Positions 16,270-25,140 of a stretch of 33,034 nucleotides of DNA are shown piece by piece (the first letter of the stretch is position 1; each line of letters begins with the position of its first letter). This DNA comes from a virus. The notes under the pieces were generated by a model that made no database searches, was not told the origin of the DNA, and saw only the letters and a program-made list of their open reading frames with translations. The position numbers and the translations under genes are program-made. The stretch spans positions 1 to 33,034 of IMG/VR virus record IMGVR_UViG_3300045988_115170; one strand, given 5' to 3'.

Positions 16270-16932
16270 TCACACTCCCAAAAGTTTCAGTTTGATTTTT
16301 GTTGCGGTATCCGCCCTTTGCAGTCTCTCCGCTTTAATTCTCTCGATCTCTCCGTCAAGGAATTTTCGGGCGCTGATCGATGTAGCATCGTTGGCCGGTA
16401 GGCTCACGGCGCTCACATCGTACAGTTTCTTGATCTTGGTGATCGTGCGGTTCACGGTCACGATGTTGTTTTCCAAATCGCGGGTGGTCTCACGCTTATC
16501 CTCGGCCACGGTAAAGCCAAACGACATCTTATCGGTGTAGCCGCCCTTGATTTCGGCAAACAGCTGCCGCCCGATCTCGGTGCCGCCCAGATCGGCAGTC
16601 ACTTTCAGCCCGGCGCTGTCAGCGGCCAAGGCCAACGTGCCGTTTTTGGTGCGGGCAAAGACGCGGCCCTCATGGTCGTACTGCATGATGACATCATCCA
16701 TGTCGCAGTCATCAAAAGCGTGCGGGTCGATCTGCTCCATGATGCGGTAGGAGGTGCCGCTGTCGCCCCTGTACTCATACAGCAAATAGGGCTGGTTGAA
16801 CGTACAGGCGTAGCCCTCCACTTCCTGCTTGGAGTCCGGCGCGGCGGGGTCAGCGGTTCGGACCTCCAGCCGCATGGCGCGGTATTCCCGGCCATTGTTC
16901 AACTTTTTCAACAATTTCTCATTACTTTCCAC
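16270..16932 (-). CDS. Prohead (capsid maturation) protease, HK97/S78 family
   Basis: Lies between the portal and the capsid gene. It has ...VEGYA..FN....... and ...MSFGF.. blocks typical of HK97-type proteases. Confidence 0.8.
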   Translation of the reverse strand: MESNEKLLKKLNNGREYRAMRLEVRTADPAAPDSKQEVEGYACTFNQPYLLYEYRGDSGTSYRIMEQIDPHAFDDCDMDDVIMQYDHEGRVFARTKNGTLALAADSAGLKVTADLGGTEIGRQLFAEIKGGYTDKMSFGFTVAEDKRETTRDLENNIVTVNRTITKIKKLYDVSAVSLPANDATSISARKFLDGEIERIKAERLQRADTATKIKLKLLGV

Positions 16933-18109
16933 TGGTTAGGTCGTCTCCTTTCTTTGTCACGCTGCCATCGCTGCCCAACAGGTAATACTCGCCGCGTATC
17001 GTGTACGCTTGTCCCTGGCCGTCCGGCAGGGGCGGCAAGTTCCAAATTTCGCGGATTTCATCGCGGTTCATAATGCCGCGATCCGCCATCTGGGCCGATA
17101 CGTTCAGTTTTTCGGTGTTGCTCATGTATTGCAGCCGGTTGGCTGTCGCTATCAGCAGCGTGCCGCCCGCGCGTTCGCGCTCGGTAAACAACATTTTTGT
17201 GGCGACATCGCTGAGCTGGATGGAAAACGGCTCGATTTTACCCTCATAGAACGCGCTCCAGGCGTCGCCGTAGGCGCGGTTTTGCAGCACATCCTCGTTG
17301 GTGCCGAAGTAGTTGAACACATTGGTGTTGATGCGCTCCATCTCATCGGCGGCCACAACATAGGGCTTGGCCTCCAGCTGCTTGATGTCCGTGTAGGTGT
17401 TGGGGAACAGCAGAATGCCGCCGCCCTCGCCTTGCAGGTTTTCCCGGCTGAATCGCTTACGCTCTTTTTTCAAATCCTCATCGCTGGAGAAGTTGTTCAT
17501 CTTGGCGGCAAAGCGGAAGGTCGCGCCGTTTTTAACGGCCTCGGCAATGCCCTGGTTTTGCAGATTCACCAGGTCCATCGTGGGCGTCAGCGCGTGGTTG
17601 TTCTCGCCAAAAATATCGCTCTTGTACTGGAATTTTGTCATAATGCCGCACCGCGCCATTTCAATGGCGGCGGTCTGGCCGCTGCGGAATGTATAGCGCA
17701 GCCAGGGCGCGGCCCCATACTGCACGATTTCACAGCTGGACGGCAGCACGGGGAACATGCCGACTGTCTCACCAAACTCATTGATGACCGGCACAATAAA
17801 GGCGGTGTTTTGCACCTCCAAAATTGTGCAAAGCCTGTACAGGAATTGTCCCCAGGTCTGCCACTCATTCGGCCCCTGCCGGAGCCGGGTTTGCAGTTTC
17901 GGGTTTGCGGGTCCCTGCACGGTGACGCTCAGCTTGCTGGCGTGGGTGGCCGTGGCGTGGATCGCGGCGCGCACGATCTCGCTCTCATACAGCTCGCCGC
18001 CCCAGGTCAAAAAGCTGGGCGTGTAGCCGTCCAGTGTCGTCCAGAATCCAGACGCGAGGCTCTTGGCGGCTATCTTCCCGAAAATTGATTGAAACAGTCC
18101 CATGCTCAT
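16922..18109 (-). CDS. Portal protein (HK97 family)
   Basis: Follows TerL and is about 395 aa. The start is uncertain: 18109 (MSMGLF) or 18103 (MGLF). Confidence 0.8.
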   Translation of the reverse strand: MSMGLFQSIFGKIAAKSLASGFWTTLDGYTPSFLTWGGELYESEIVRAAIHATATHASKLSVTVQGPANPKLQTRLRQGPNEWQTWGQFLYRLCTILEVQNTAFIVPVINEFGETVGMFPVLPSSCEIVQYGAAPWLRYTFRSGQTAAIEMARCGIMTKFQYKSDIFGENNHALTPTMDLVNLQNQGIAEAVKNGATFRFAAKMNNFSSDEDLKKERKRFSRENLQGEGGGILLFPNTYTDIKQLEAKPYVVAADEMERINTNVFNYFGTNEDVLQNRAYGDAWSAFYEGKIEPFSIQLSDVATKMLFTERERAGGTLLIATANRLQYMSNTEKLNVSAQMADRGIMNRDEIREIWNLPPLPDGQGQAYTIRGEYYLLGSDGSVTKKGDDLTSGK

Positions 18110-19791
18110 CACCCCGCGTTCTTTAACTGGCCGCCGATTTCGGCGCACCATTTCTGCCGCACCGTCATCCCATCCATGAGCGCGGCGCAGCCATCAATGT
18201 GGTCGGCGGCGCTCATCTTCACAAGTTTACATCTGCCGCTGTCGTTTTCGACTTTCAGCGCCGTGTTCAGCAGATGCACTTTTAACAGGTCGTTGTCCCC
18301 GATGTTGATGGTGCCGTCTTTCAGCAGTCCCTCAACCTCTCGGATCACCGGCGTCAGGTTGAACCCCTGGAATACATCGTCCATGTGGAATCCGTATTGC
18401 TTCATATCCTGTACAAGATACTGGGCCGTGTATCGGTCATAGCCGACCTGCAAAGGATAGATTTTATACTGCTCTATCAGCACCCTAAACCAGTTGTAGC
18501 AATCGTGATAGTCAACAAAGTTATCACCGCTCAGCGTGAGGATGCCGCGCTGCACATACGCCGCATAAGGCAGTCCGTCCCGCTCGGTAGCCTCTTGCAG
18601 CTTCTCAGCGGGGAGGAAGAAGTGCGCCAGCACGTTCAGCCGGGCGTCTTTCTCAATAATCGCCACGCAGGCGGTCAAGTCGGTTGTGCGGCTCAAGTCG
18701 ATACCGCCCACGCAATAGCAATTTTTGAAGTTGGCCGGGTCGATGTGCGCACCGCAGGCGCGCTCCACAACATCGGAGGCCAGCCAGGCAAGGCTGGAGT
18801 TTTGCTTGATGTTGCAGTATTTTGTTAAAAACTCGGCCCGCTTGGACAAACTGCCCTCAGCAATGGCGATCTCCTCCAGCAGGTAGCTGACGCTGATACT
18901 CACGCCCAGATTGGGGTTGGCTTTCGCAAGCTCGTTGATATCGTTCCACTTGGCCGGGTCATCGATCATGTAGAGAAACGGCGCAAGGCGCGTCTCTTTG
19001 GAATCGCCCAGCAAAAAGCGGGTGGCGCGCTTTATCAGTTCATCATAAATGCCCTCATTCACATAGCCTGCCGTGCTGATTGCCAGCAGCATGGGCTGTG
19101 TGCGCGCGCCAAAGCTCGACTTGATAACCTCGTAGAATTTCAGCCCAGCATCACCGGGCCAGCTGGCGACCTCATCGGCCACGCACAGGCTGACGTTGAG
19201 ACCGTCCGACTTTTTTGCGGAAAACGCCAGCGGCTTTGCGCTCGTGTTGCTGTTCGCAATGTAGATGTCTGTGCGCCGTTTCTTGCTCAGCTGGCTCAGC
19301 TCTGGGTCCTTGCTGAGCATCTGATAATAGGCGTCGTAGCACAGCCCCGCTTGCTCCAGCTTAGGCGCGGCAAAATAGATGCGCCCGCCATACTCGCCGT
19401 CCAAAAAACTGCAATAGGCAGCAATGGCGGCGGCCAGCAGCGTCTTGCCGTTTTTTCGGGCGATGATGACAACGACCTCACGAAATTGACGGTGATCGGT
19501 GTCATCCATTACGCCGAACAGTACCGACAAAAGCGCCTTTTGCCAAAGCTCCAGCACAATCAGCTGGGGAGCCAGCGCGCCCTCATGGTGTCGGCAGAAA
19601 TTTTCCACAAAACGGATCGCTTTCTGCGCTTTTTTGGGGTCAAAGTGAAACAGCCCTTTTTCCAGACCGTCCACAACATACTTGTACCAGACCTTGATCC
19701 AGCGGCCCACGATGATGGTGCCGTCCGTGATTTTCTGGTAATACTCGTAGATGTAATTATTCACGGGCCAGCTGCTCCAGTCTGCTCTCAC
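18109..19791 (-). CDS. terL: Terminase large subunit (Terminase_1-type)
   Basis: ARKNGKT Walker A-like motif, a C-terminal nuclease region, and synteny. The start is a GTG at 19791 or 19764 (uncertain). Confidence 0.9.
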   Translation of the reverse strand: MRADWSSWPVNNYIYEYYQKITDGTIIVGRWIKVWYKYVVDGLEKGLFHFDPKKAQKAIRFVENFCRHHEGALAPQLIVLELWQKALLSVLFGVMDDTDHRQFREVVVIIARKNGKTLLAAAIAAYCSFLDGEYGGRIYFAAPKLEQAGLCYDAYYQMLSKDPELSQLSKKRRTDIYIANSNTSAKPLAFSAKKSDGLNVSLCVADEVASWPGDAGLKFYEVIKSSFGARTQPMLLAISTAGYVNEGIYDELIKRATRFLLGDSKETRLAPFLYMIDDPAKWNDINELAKANPNLGVSISVSYLLEEIAIAEGSLSKRAEFLTKYCNIKQNSSLAWLASDVVERACGAHIDPANFKNCYCVGGIDLSRTTDLTACVAIIEKDARLNVLAHFFLPAEKLQEATERDGLPYAAYVQRGILTLSGDNFVDYHDCYNWFRVLIEQYKIYPLQVGYDRYTAQYLVQDMKQYGFHMDDVFQGFNLTPVIREVEGLLKDGTINIGDNDLLKVHLLNTALKVENDSGRCKLVKMSAADHIDGCAALMDGMTVRQKWCAEIGGQLKNAG

Positions 19792-20098
19792 GCTTTTCCG
19801 GGGGCAGCAGCTTGCCCAGGCGCTCGGTCACGGTGTTGTAGTTCTTGATGAGGCTGTTGTAGGCTTGCAGATCGGCGCTGGCTTTTTTGCCGTACTGGTT
19901 CGCGCCGTTCATGTACTCCTCGCTGCACCCGTCCGCATTGATGGATTTTTGCAGATCGTCGAGTGTGATTTTCATGAATGCCGCGTTCTGGATCAGCGGC
20001 TCCACAATCGCCATCTGATTTTTAGGCAGGTCGGCGTAGTGCGCCATGATCCTGTTGTACTCCTCTTGAATTAGAGTAGTTTTTGCTTTTCTCCCCAC
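19757..20098 (-). CDS. terS: Terminase small subunit, P27 family
   Basis: 113 aa. The pattern ...NAAFM...L..L...I...G....Y.NG.NQ.G...S......YN.. matches P27-family TerS. GTG start is preceded by GGGGGTG. Confidence 0.8.
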   Translation of the reverse strand: MGRKAKTTLIQEEYNRIMAHYADLPKNQMAIVEPLIQNAAFMKITLDDLQKSINADGCSEEYMNGANQYGKKASADLQAYNSLIKNYNTVTERLGKLLPPEKRESRLEQLARE

Positions 20099-20190
20099 AA
20101 CAACACCCCCTTTACGCTCTTTTCAGTGCTTTTCCGAACTTTGGGGCCCGGTCTACCGCACCCCCGCTCGTTTTTTCGACCGGGGGGAGG

Positions 20191-20484
20191 TCACCACCTC
20201 GATGTCACTCGCCCCGCCGGGTCCACACGGTATCTACGCCGCGCGCCGTGGCGCTTTGCGTGACAGTCACGGCACAGCAGTTTCAGGTTGGACCATGACA
20301 GCGAGACCGCCGGATCGTTGATGTTGTCCGGCGTCAACTCTGTCATGTGGTGGACTATCTCACCGGGGCGATACAGTCCCTTAGCCAGACAATCCTCACA
20401 CAATCCGCCCACGCTGGCGGCGTACCCATCGCGGCAGCGCTGCCACGCTTTGCTCTTGTAAAACGCTTTGGCAAACTCCCGCAT
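20191..20484 (-). CDS. HNH endonuclease (terminase-associated)
   Basis: Contains C..C...GEIVHH...N....NL..LC..CH..H. It is the first gene of the late operon next to terS, as in HK97-like cos phages. Confidence 0.85.
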   Translation of the reverse strand: MREFAKAFYKSKAWQRCRDGYAASVGGLCEDCLAKGLYRPGEIVHHMTELTPDNINDPAVSLSWSNLKLLCRDCHAKRHGARRRYRVDPAGRVTSRW

Positions 20485-20493
20485 ACTGTTTGC

Positions 20494-20510
20494 GTGTCCA
20501 CACTGGACAC
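20494..20510. repeat. Palindrome family copy 5: GTGTCCA-CAC-TGGACAC (perfect; extends to the 21-bp palindrome GCGTGTCCACACTGGACACGC)
   Basis: Read directly. It ends 9 nt upstream of the HNH start codon, where no Shine-Dalgarno is visible. Confidence 0.9.
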
Positions 20511-20856
20511 GCGCTGCACCTCCACCCGCCGGGGCGTAAAATTATCATAGATGCCCAGCGGCGCGAGACGGAGTTTCTTTTGTCTCGGTGTAGGTGAGGC
20601 TCTCCCGCCCGCCAGGCATGACGGTCTATTGCCGTCCGTCATCCGCTGAGTTTAACCACATCAACGGCACTGCGTACCCGCACACAGGTCTTGCACCTGT
20701 CAAGGTCCATCCCGCCGGGGAACTGGGCGGGCGACTGTGCGGTATGTTGCCGGTCTTTCCCGGCTGTCAGCTATTTCAAGGAGATTAACTATGGCCAGGC
20801 TGGCGGAATCGAACCGCCGGGCGTACCCGTAACCCTGCAACCTTGCAACCCAGTTA
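20511..20856 (-). other. About 345-nt noncoding, highly structured leader of the late (packaging) operon
   Basis: No credible ORF on either strand. Several GC-rich hairpins are present (ATGACGG..CCGTCAT at 20617..20643, ACAGGT..ACCTGT at 20684..20700, CGAGAC..GTCTCG at 20565..20588). It lies between a strong terminator and the first late gene. Confidence 0.5.
20792..20818 (-). other. tRNA T-arm/acceptor-like fragment (GGCGG-TTCGATT-CCGCC-AGCCTGG-CCA), not a complete tRNA
   Basis: Canonical T-loop TTCGATT flanked by a perfect 5-bp stem. No D arm, anticodon arm or matching 5' acceptor strand lies upstream. Confidence 0.4.
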
Positions 20857-20889
20857 TAAAAAAATAGCCGCCCCGATGTGGGGCGACTA
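20857..20889 (-). terminator. Rho-independent terminator ending the early/middle operon
   Basis: The minus-strand RNA forms UAGUCGCCCC-ACAUC-GGGGCGGCUA followed by U7. Confidence 0.8.
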
Positions 20890-20960
20890 TCCGCTTAGGA
20901 GGATTATGCAAACGAGCAAACCGTCGAGCATCAAGCCCCTACCTGCCCGACACCTTCAGC

Positions 20961-21383
20961 TTAGCACACTGGGGCGGAACTGGGCGGAACTAATTTTATA
21001 ATTTTGAAAATTGCCCGCCGGTGGAGCTTGCGCACATAGCGCTCAGTGATCCTCATGTGCGCCGCGATCTGGCGGTTGGTGCACCCGTCGATGTAGCGCA
21101 TCTGCAAGACCTCACGCTCCAGGGCATCCTCCAGCTGAGCAATGACGCTCTCAATCTCCACCCTGGCGGCCTCGCCGTCCATCAGCTGGGCGGCCAGCTT
21201 CTCACACCGGGTATTGATGCTCAGCAGCGCACTGTCAATCTCACCGGCCCCGCCGGGTGGGCACAGAGCACGGGCGTAGTCGGCGCGGCGGTTTTCTTCC
21301 CGGAGCCGTTCCCGCAATCGCGGCTCCACCCGCCGGGCATCGCGGTAGCGGTTCAGCCACACGATGCACTCATCATAGGTCAT
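20961..21383 (-). CDS. ArpU/RinA-like late transcriptional regulator (sigma-70 region-4-like HTH)
   Basis: LEREVLQMRYIDGCTNRQIAAHMRITERYVRKLHRRAI resembles a sigma region 4 / ArpU HTH. It is the last gene before the packaging module, the typical place for late activators. Confidence 0.65.
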   Translation of the reverse strand: MTYDECIVWLNRYRDARRVEPRLRERLREENRRADYARALCPPGGAGEIDSALLSINTRCEKLAAQLMDGEAARVEIESVIAQLEDALEREVLQMRYIDGCTNRQIAAHMRITERYVRKLHRRAIFKIIKLVPPSSAPVC

Positions 21384-21574
21384 TGGGCATCACCTCCCGG
21401 AGATGGTTCAAAGTCATCACATTCCAGCACAATGCCCGCGCCGTCCGTCTTTTCGACGCCGTAGCAGTACAACTCACAATCCAGGTTAAACAGTCCCTTA
21501 TTGTGGGTGCACCCCTCGCACCTGTCAAGGTGCGGCTGGCTCATGCCGGGAATCCCGCAAAATCCGCTGTTCAT
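21380..21574 (-). CDS. Small Cys-rich hypothetical protein (64 aa)
   Basis: ATGA-coupled at both ends. Six Cys residues (CGIPG...CEGC...C...C). Confidence 0.45.
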   Translation of the reverse strand: MNSGFCGIPGMSQPHLDRCEGCTHNKGLFNLDCELYCYGVEKTDGAGIVLECDDFEPSPGGDAQ

Positions 21575-22983
21575 TTCTTTTTCGCCTCCCGCGCGGCCCG
21601 CTGGATGTCCTCGGCAATGTAGCCCTCAATACCCGCGCCGGTGCTGTACCAGCGCTTGTACCACTCAAGCGCATTGATGTCTCCGTCCCGGCCTGCGCGC
21701 TCACCGTCCGGGCCGAGTCGGACAGAAAAGCACTCACGATACGGGAACCCATCCACCGGGCCGTCATATCGCCCCATATCATCCACCGCGATGATGAGCC
21801 GCCCGCCGTCGAACATTTTGCGCTCACGGATCGTAAGCCCTAAATCCTTGTGACGGGCCGTCAGCTTCCAGTTGTCGAAGTCGGCCAATTCTTGCCGAGC
21901 CAGTACGAGCCATTTTTCAGCGGCGTCATGCCGTGCCTTTTCGGCGTTTCTTTTCGCTTTCTCCTCGGCCTTATATTTTTCAAGCGCTTTTTTGTCAATA
22001 TAGCGGCTGCGCGCGGTGCGGTACAGTCGGGATGAATAGATGCAGCTCTTGGCGATGACCTCGTTCTGATCCGCCGGGTCCAGCTGTTCAACAGTGAACG
22101 ATGTCCGCCCTGCCGGGGCGATGCGCAGGATAGCGTTGGCGATATTATCGGTCATGTCCAACGTCACGGTCTGCATTTTCTGTGCATCAAACTTGCCCCC
22201 GTCCGCATAATTCCACTCACAGCACTGGACGTAATCCAATCCCCTCAGCTGATCGGCCATGCCCTCATCAACAATGTACAGGATTGCGGCTTTCTGTACC
22301 TCATCGCTCGCCTCCGGCAGGGGAGCGTAGCTGTTTTTTGCGTATGTCGCCTGCTGTACCTTGTACAGCTTGCTGCACTCATAGGCCCGCGTCATGGTGA
22401 TCTCGCCGCGCTCCACCATCGCCAAAACCTCCGGCACGCAGTTGTTGGCAATGGCATTCAGCCTCCCCAGTGTGCCGGTGCCTTCGCCGGTGATGCGGCT
22501 CATCTCATCGCGGACGCGCCCGCCCAGGCTGCCCGCCGCCTTTTTGCGTTCAAGGGCCTGTTTGAGGGCGATGTACTGCCGGAGTCGTTCGCCGTCCGTC
22601 AGCTCGCGCGCCGTGGCGTTGGAGGTGATCAGCGCGATCAGGTCATCATCCGCGCCCTGGCTTTGGTGGATAACACAGGGCAGGACCTCAAACCCGGTCA
22701 CACCCTCAGCCGTCAGCGCACAGCACGCGGTCCAACGGCGGTGTCCGGCCAGCAGCATATATTTGCCGTTCTGGGCGGGCAGGACCTCCAGCGGGCTGCG
22801 CAATCCTCGCTCGGCAATGTCGGCTTTCAGCATGGAGACATCGCCGATCTCGTAGATGCTGTTTTCCGGGTTCGGTTCAATATCGGCTGCCGGCAGCATG
22901 ACGACCTGCATTTTCTGACCCGCCGGGGCGGCTGTTTTCGCACTGCTGCCGAGAATGTCGTTGATAGAAAATCCCTTGCTCAT
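21571..22983 (-). CDS. parB: ParB-like protein (ParB/Srx N-domain plus HTH, long unknown C-terminal half)
   Basis: VVMLPAADIEPNPEN...LLAGHRRWTA carries the GxxRxxA ParB box, followed by an HTH-like GRVRDEMSRITGEGTGTLGRLNAIA. Strong SD AGAGGAGGA. Confidence 0.75.
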   Translation of the reverse strand: MSKGFSINDILGSSAKTAAPAGQKMQVVMLPAADIEPNPENSIYEIGDVSMLKADIAERGLRSPLEVLPAQNGKYMLLAGHRRWTACCALTAEGVTGFEVLPCVIHQSQGADDDLIALITSNATARELTDGERLRQYIALKQALERKKAAGSLGGRVRDEMSRITGEGTGTLGRLNAIANNCVPEVLAMVERGEITMTRAYECSKLYKVQQATYAKNSYAPLPEASDEVQKAAILYIVDEGMADQLRGLDYVQCCEWNYADGGKFDAQKMQTVTLDMTDNIANAILRIAPAGRTSFTVEQLDPADQNEVIAKSCIYSSRLYRTARSRYIDKKALEKYKAEEKAKRNAEKARHDAAEKWLVLARQELADFDNWKLTARHKDLGLTIRERKMFDGGRLIIAVDDMGRYDGPVDGFPYRECFSVRLGPDGERAGRDGDINALEWYKRWYSTGAGIEGYIAEDIQRAAREAKKK

Positions 22984-22986
22984 GGT

Positions 22987-23769
22987 TCAATCCTCCTCTG
23001 TGTCCACGTTGGACACGATGCTCTCAACCTTTTCGGCCAGCGCCTTATAATCCAGCGCTGCCGTGCAATCAGGGCTGAACGTGCGTAGCGGCTTGTGTGC
23101 GCTCTTGGCCTCGCTGACCCTCACGGTGTAGCGGATGACCGTGGGCAGCAGGGCCAGGCCGGGCAGCTTCTCAGCAATGGTGTGGATGACGTCTGCCGCG
23201 TACCGAGTGCGGCGGTATTTCGTCAGCAGCACGCCCATGATTTTGAGGCGCGGGTTGTAGTCTATCTGCACCTGCTCGATCTGGTCGATGATTTCCCGCA
23301 TCCCGTCACAAGCCCACTCATCACAGTCCACCGGGATGATGACCCAGTCAGCCGCGCACAGGGCGTTGATGCTGCCCATGTCAAGGTCTGGCGGGCAGTC
23401 CATGATGCAGTAGCCATAGTTGGCGCTTACGTCCTTGAGGGCATCGCGCAGATGGTATTGGCGCGGGCCGTTGTCCATCAAGATCATGCGGTTTGCTTTC
23501 AGCATCCGCATGTCGCAGGGAATCAGATTGACGGCGGCCAGGTTGGTGTCTACCACGGCACCCGGCGCGCGGCACACGCCCAGCATGATCTCTGCGATGC
23601 TGGGGCTGTCGTAGTCCAGAACACCGAAAAACTTGCTTGTGTTACCTTGTTTGTCCAGATCAACCACCAACACGCTCTTGCTCTTGGCGGCCAATTCGGC
23701 GGCCAGGTTGCAGGCGGTGACGCTTTTCCCGACGCCGCCTTTCAAGTTGATAATTGCAATGCTGATCAT
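22987..23769 (-). CDS. parA: ParA/Soj-family ATPase
   Basis: Deviant Walker A NLKGGVGKS near the N-terminus and typical ParA length (260 aa). Confidence 0.9.
   Translation of the reverse strand: MISIAIINLKGGVGKSVTACNLAAELAAKSKSVLVVDLDKQGNTSKFFGVLDYDSPSIAEIMLGVCRAPGAVVDTNLAAVNLIPCDMRMLKANRMILMDNGPRQYHLRDALKDVSANYGYCIMDCPPDLDMGSINALCAADWVIIPVDCDEWACDGMREIIDQIEQVQIDYNPRLKIMGVLLTKYRRTRYAADVIHTIAEKLPGLALLPTVIRYTVRVSEAKSAHKPLRTFSPDCTAALDYKALAEKVESIVSNVDTEED
23000..23016. repeat. Palindrome family copy 6: GTGTCCA-CGT-TGGACAC (perfect), in the last codons of parA and abutting the parB-like SD
   Basis: Read directly. It encodes VSNVDT. On the minus strand it is followed immediately by AGAGGAGGA and the ATG at 22983. 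Confidence 0.9.
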
Positions 23770-23802
23770 AGTAATCCTCCTGTCCCGCCGGGGCGGCGGG
23801 TG

Positions 23803-25131
23803 TTATTGCGGCCAGCTCATCTGGTCGATTTCTTCATAGTCCTCTTTCGGGGTCGGCTGCCATTGATGGTATTGGGGCTGCCATCGCATGGACACAACGC
23901 CCGTCGGCCCCTCGCGGTTCTTGGCGTACATGACGGCGGTATCCTGATAGGCGTCCTCGCCGCGCAGCTCCTTGCTGTCCTCGGTGCGCCTGTTCTCCAC
24001 AAAGATCGCGCTGTTGGCGTCCTGTTCAATCGTGCCGGAGCCGCGCAGGTCCTCCAGATTGCAGAAGCGGCCCTCGTTGCCCTTCACGCCGGCGCGGTTG
24101 ATCTGGCACAGCTCCACAACCACGATGCCCATCTTCATGGCGGCCACCTTCAGCCGCCGGGTGATCTCGCTGATGCGCTGGTACTCGGTCTGGCGCGGGT
24201 CGGTGGGACTTAACAGGCCGATGTGGTCAATAAAGGCGATGTCCGGCTTGTACTGCATGAGCTTGGCCTCCAACCCGTCAATCGTCAGGTTGCTGTCGGC
24301 ATCCAGCATCATGTTGTGATGCTGGCGCAGCCGGGCGGCGGCATTGTTGATGATCTCCCGCTCACGCGGGGCCAGGCTCTTGTTGGTGAGCTTGCCGGAG
24401 TCGATGCGCGCAACCTTGGACAGGATCCTGTCCATCAGTGCCTCCGCCGTCTCCTCCAGCGTGAGGTAGTAGACCTTGTACCGCTTCGAGAGCCGGGCCG
24501 CCAGATTCAGCGAGAAATCCGTCTTGCCGCACCCGGGCCGCCCGGCCACAACGCAGACGCGCTGCCGACCAAAGACGCCGTACCGGTCCAGCTCCGGCCA
24601 GCCCAGTTTCAGGCTGTCGTCCGGCTCATCCAGCCGGGCCAGCGCGGAATCCAGCACCGCGTCAAAGTCCCGGGCCGTGCTGTCGGTCTGGGTGCTGCGG
24701 ATGGCATCCTGCACCGCCAGCGTGCGGCGCAGCTGGCGGCAGACGCCGTCGCTGTCCATGGCATCCTTGGCCATGCACTTCAGCAGGTCGCCCTGCAAAA
24801 GCGAGTAGCGGTAGTCCTCCAGTATTTGCGCCGCATAGCTGCCGACGTTGGAGACGCTGGGGCAGGTCTCGGCCATTGCCACAACGCCGGGCCTGATCTC
24901 ATCCGCCGGGCGGCCCGCCGATGCCCGGTTGATGACCGTGATGACGTCCACCGGCTCCCCGGCCATGGTGAGCTGCTGCACCGCGCTGAACACCGCGCGG
25001 CTCACGCCCTCGTCGAACATCCCGGGCACCAGCTTGATGATGTACTCCCGTGCGCGGGCCGGGTCCATGAGCGCCGCGCCCAGAAACGCCCGCTGCGTCT
25101 GCTGCTGCCGGCTTATAGTTGCACGTTCCAT
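23803..25131 (-). CDS. dnaB: Replicative DNA helicase (DnaB family)
   Basis: DnaB N-domain-like start, Walker A GRPGCGKT, and a ...IDHIGLL... / ...LCQINR... RecA-like core. Confidence 0.9.
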   Translation of the reverse strand: MERATISRQQQTQRAFLGAALMDPARAREYIIKLVPGMFDEGVSRAVFSAVQQLTMAGEPVDVITVINRASAGRPADEIRPGVVAMAETCPSVSNVGSYAAQILEDYRYSLLQGDLLKCMAKDAMDSDGVCRQLRRTLAVQDAIRSTQTDSTARDFDAVLDSALARLDEPDDSLKLGWPELDRYGVFGRQRVCVVAGRPGCGKTDFSLNLAARLSKRYKVYYLTLEETAEALMDRILSKVARIDSGKLTNKSLAPREREIINNAAARLRQHHNMMLDADSNLTIDGLEAKLMQYKPDIAFIDHIGLLSPTDPRQTEYQRISEITRRLKVAAMKMGIVVVELCQINRAGVKGNEGRFCNLEDLRGSGTIEQDANSAIFVENRRTEDSKELRGEDAYQDTAVMYAKNREGPTGVVSMRWQPQYHQWQPTPKEDYEEIDQMSWPQ

Positions 25132-25140
25132 TCAAAAGCC

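Noticed and set aside
20099-20190. cos site between the HNH and terS genes (inverted repeat CCCGGTC...GACCGGG)
   Set aside because: The location is plausible for HNH-dependent cos phages, but nothing in the sequence alone identifies the cleavage site. It is not reported as a feature.
20792-20818. Possible tRNA or tmRNA gene on the minus strand
   Set aside because: The 60 nt upstream cannot form D or anticodon arms. The anticodon-loop candidates lack U33. Position 1 would have to be C. It is kept only as a T-arm-like module within a leader RNA.
20791-20832. 13-codon plus-strand ORF (MARLAESNRRAYP) with a perfect SD
   Set aside because: It is too short to support as a gene and lies on the strand opposite to all neighbouring transcription. 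It is mentioned only in the leader finding.
20971-20990. Tandem 10-bp direct repeat GGGCGGAACT x2
   Set aside because: It lies within the 3' coding end of the ArpU-like gene (encoding PPSSAP). With only two copies it cannot be distinguished from chance in GC-rich DNA.
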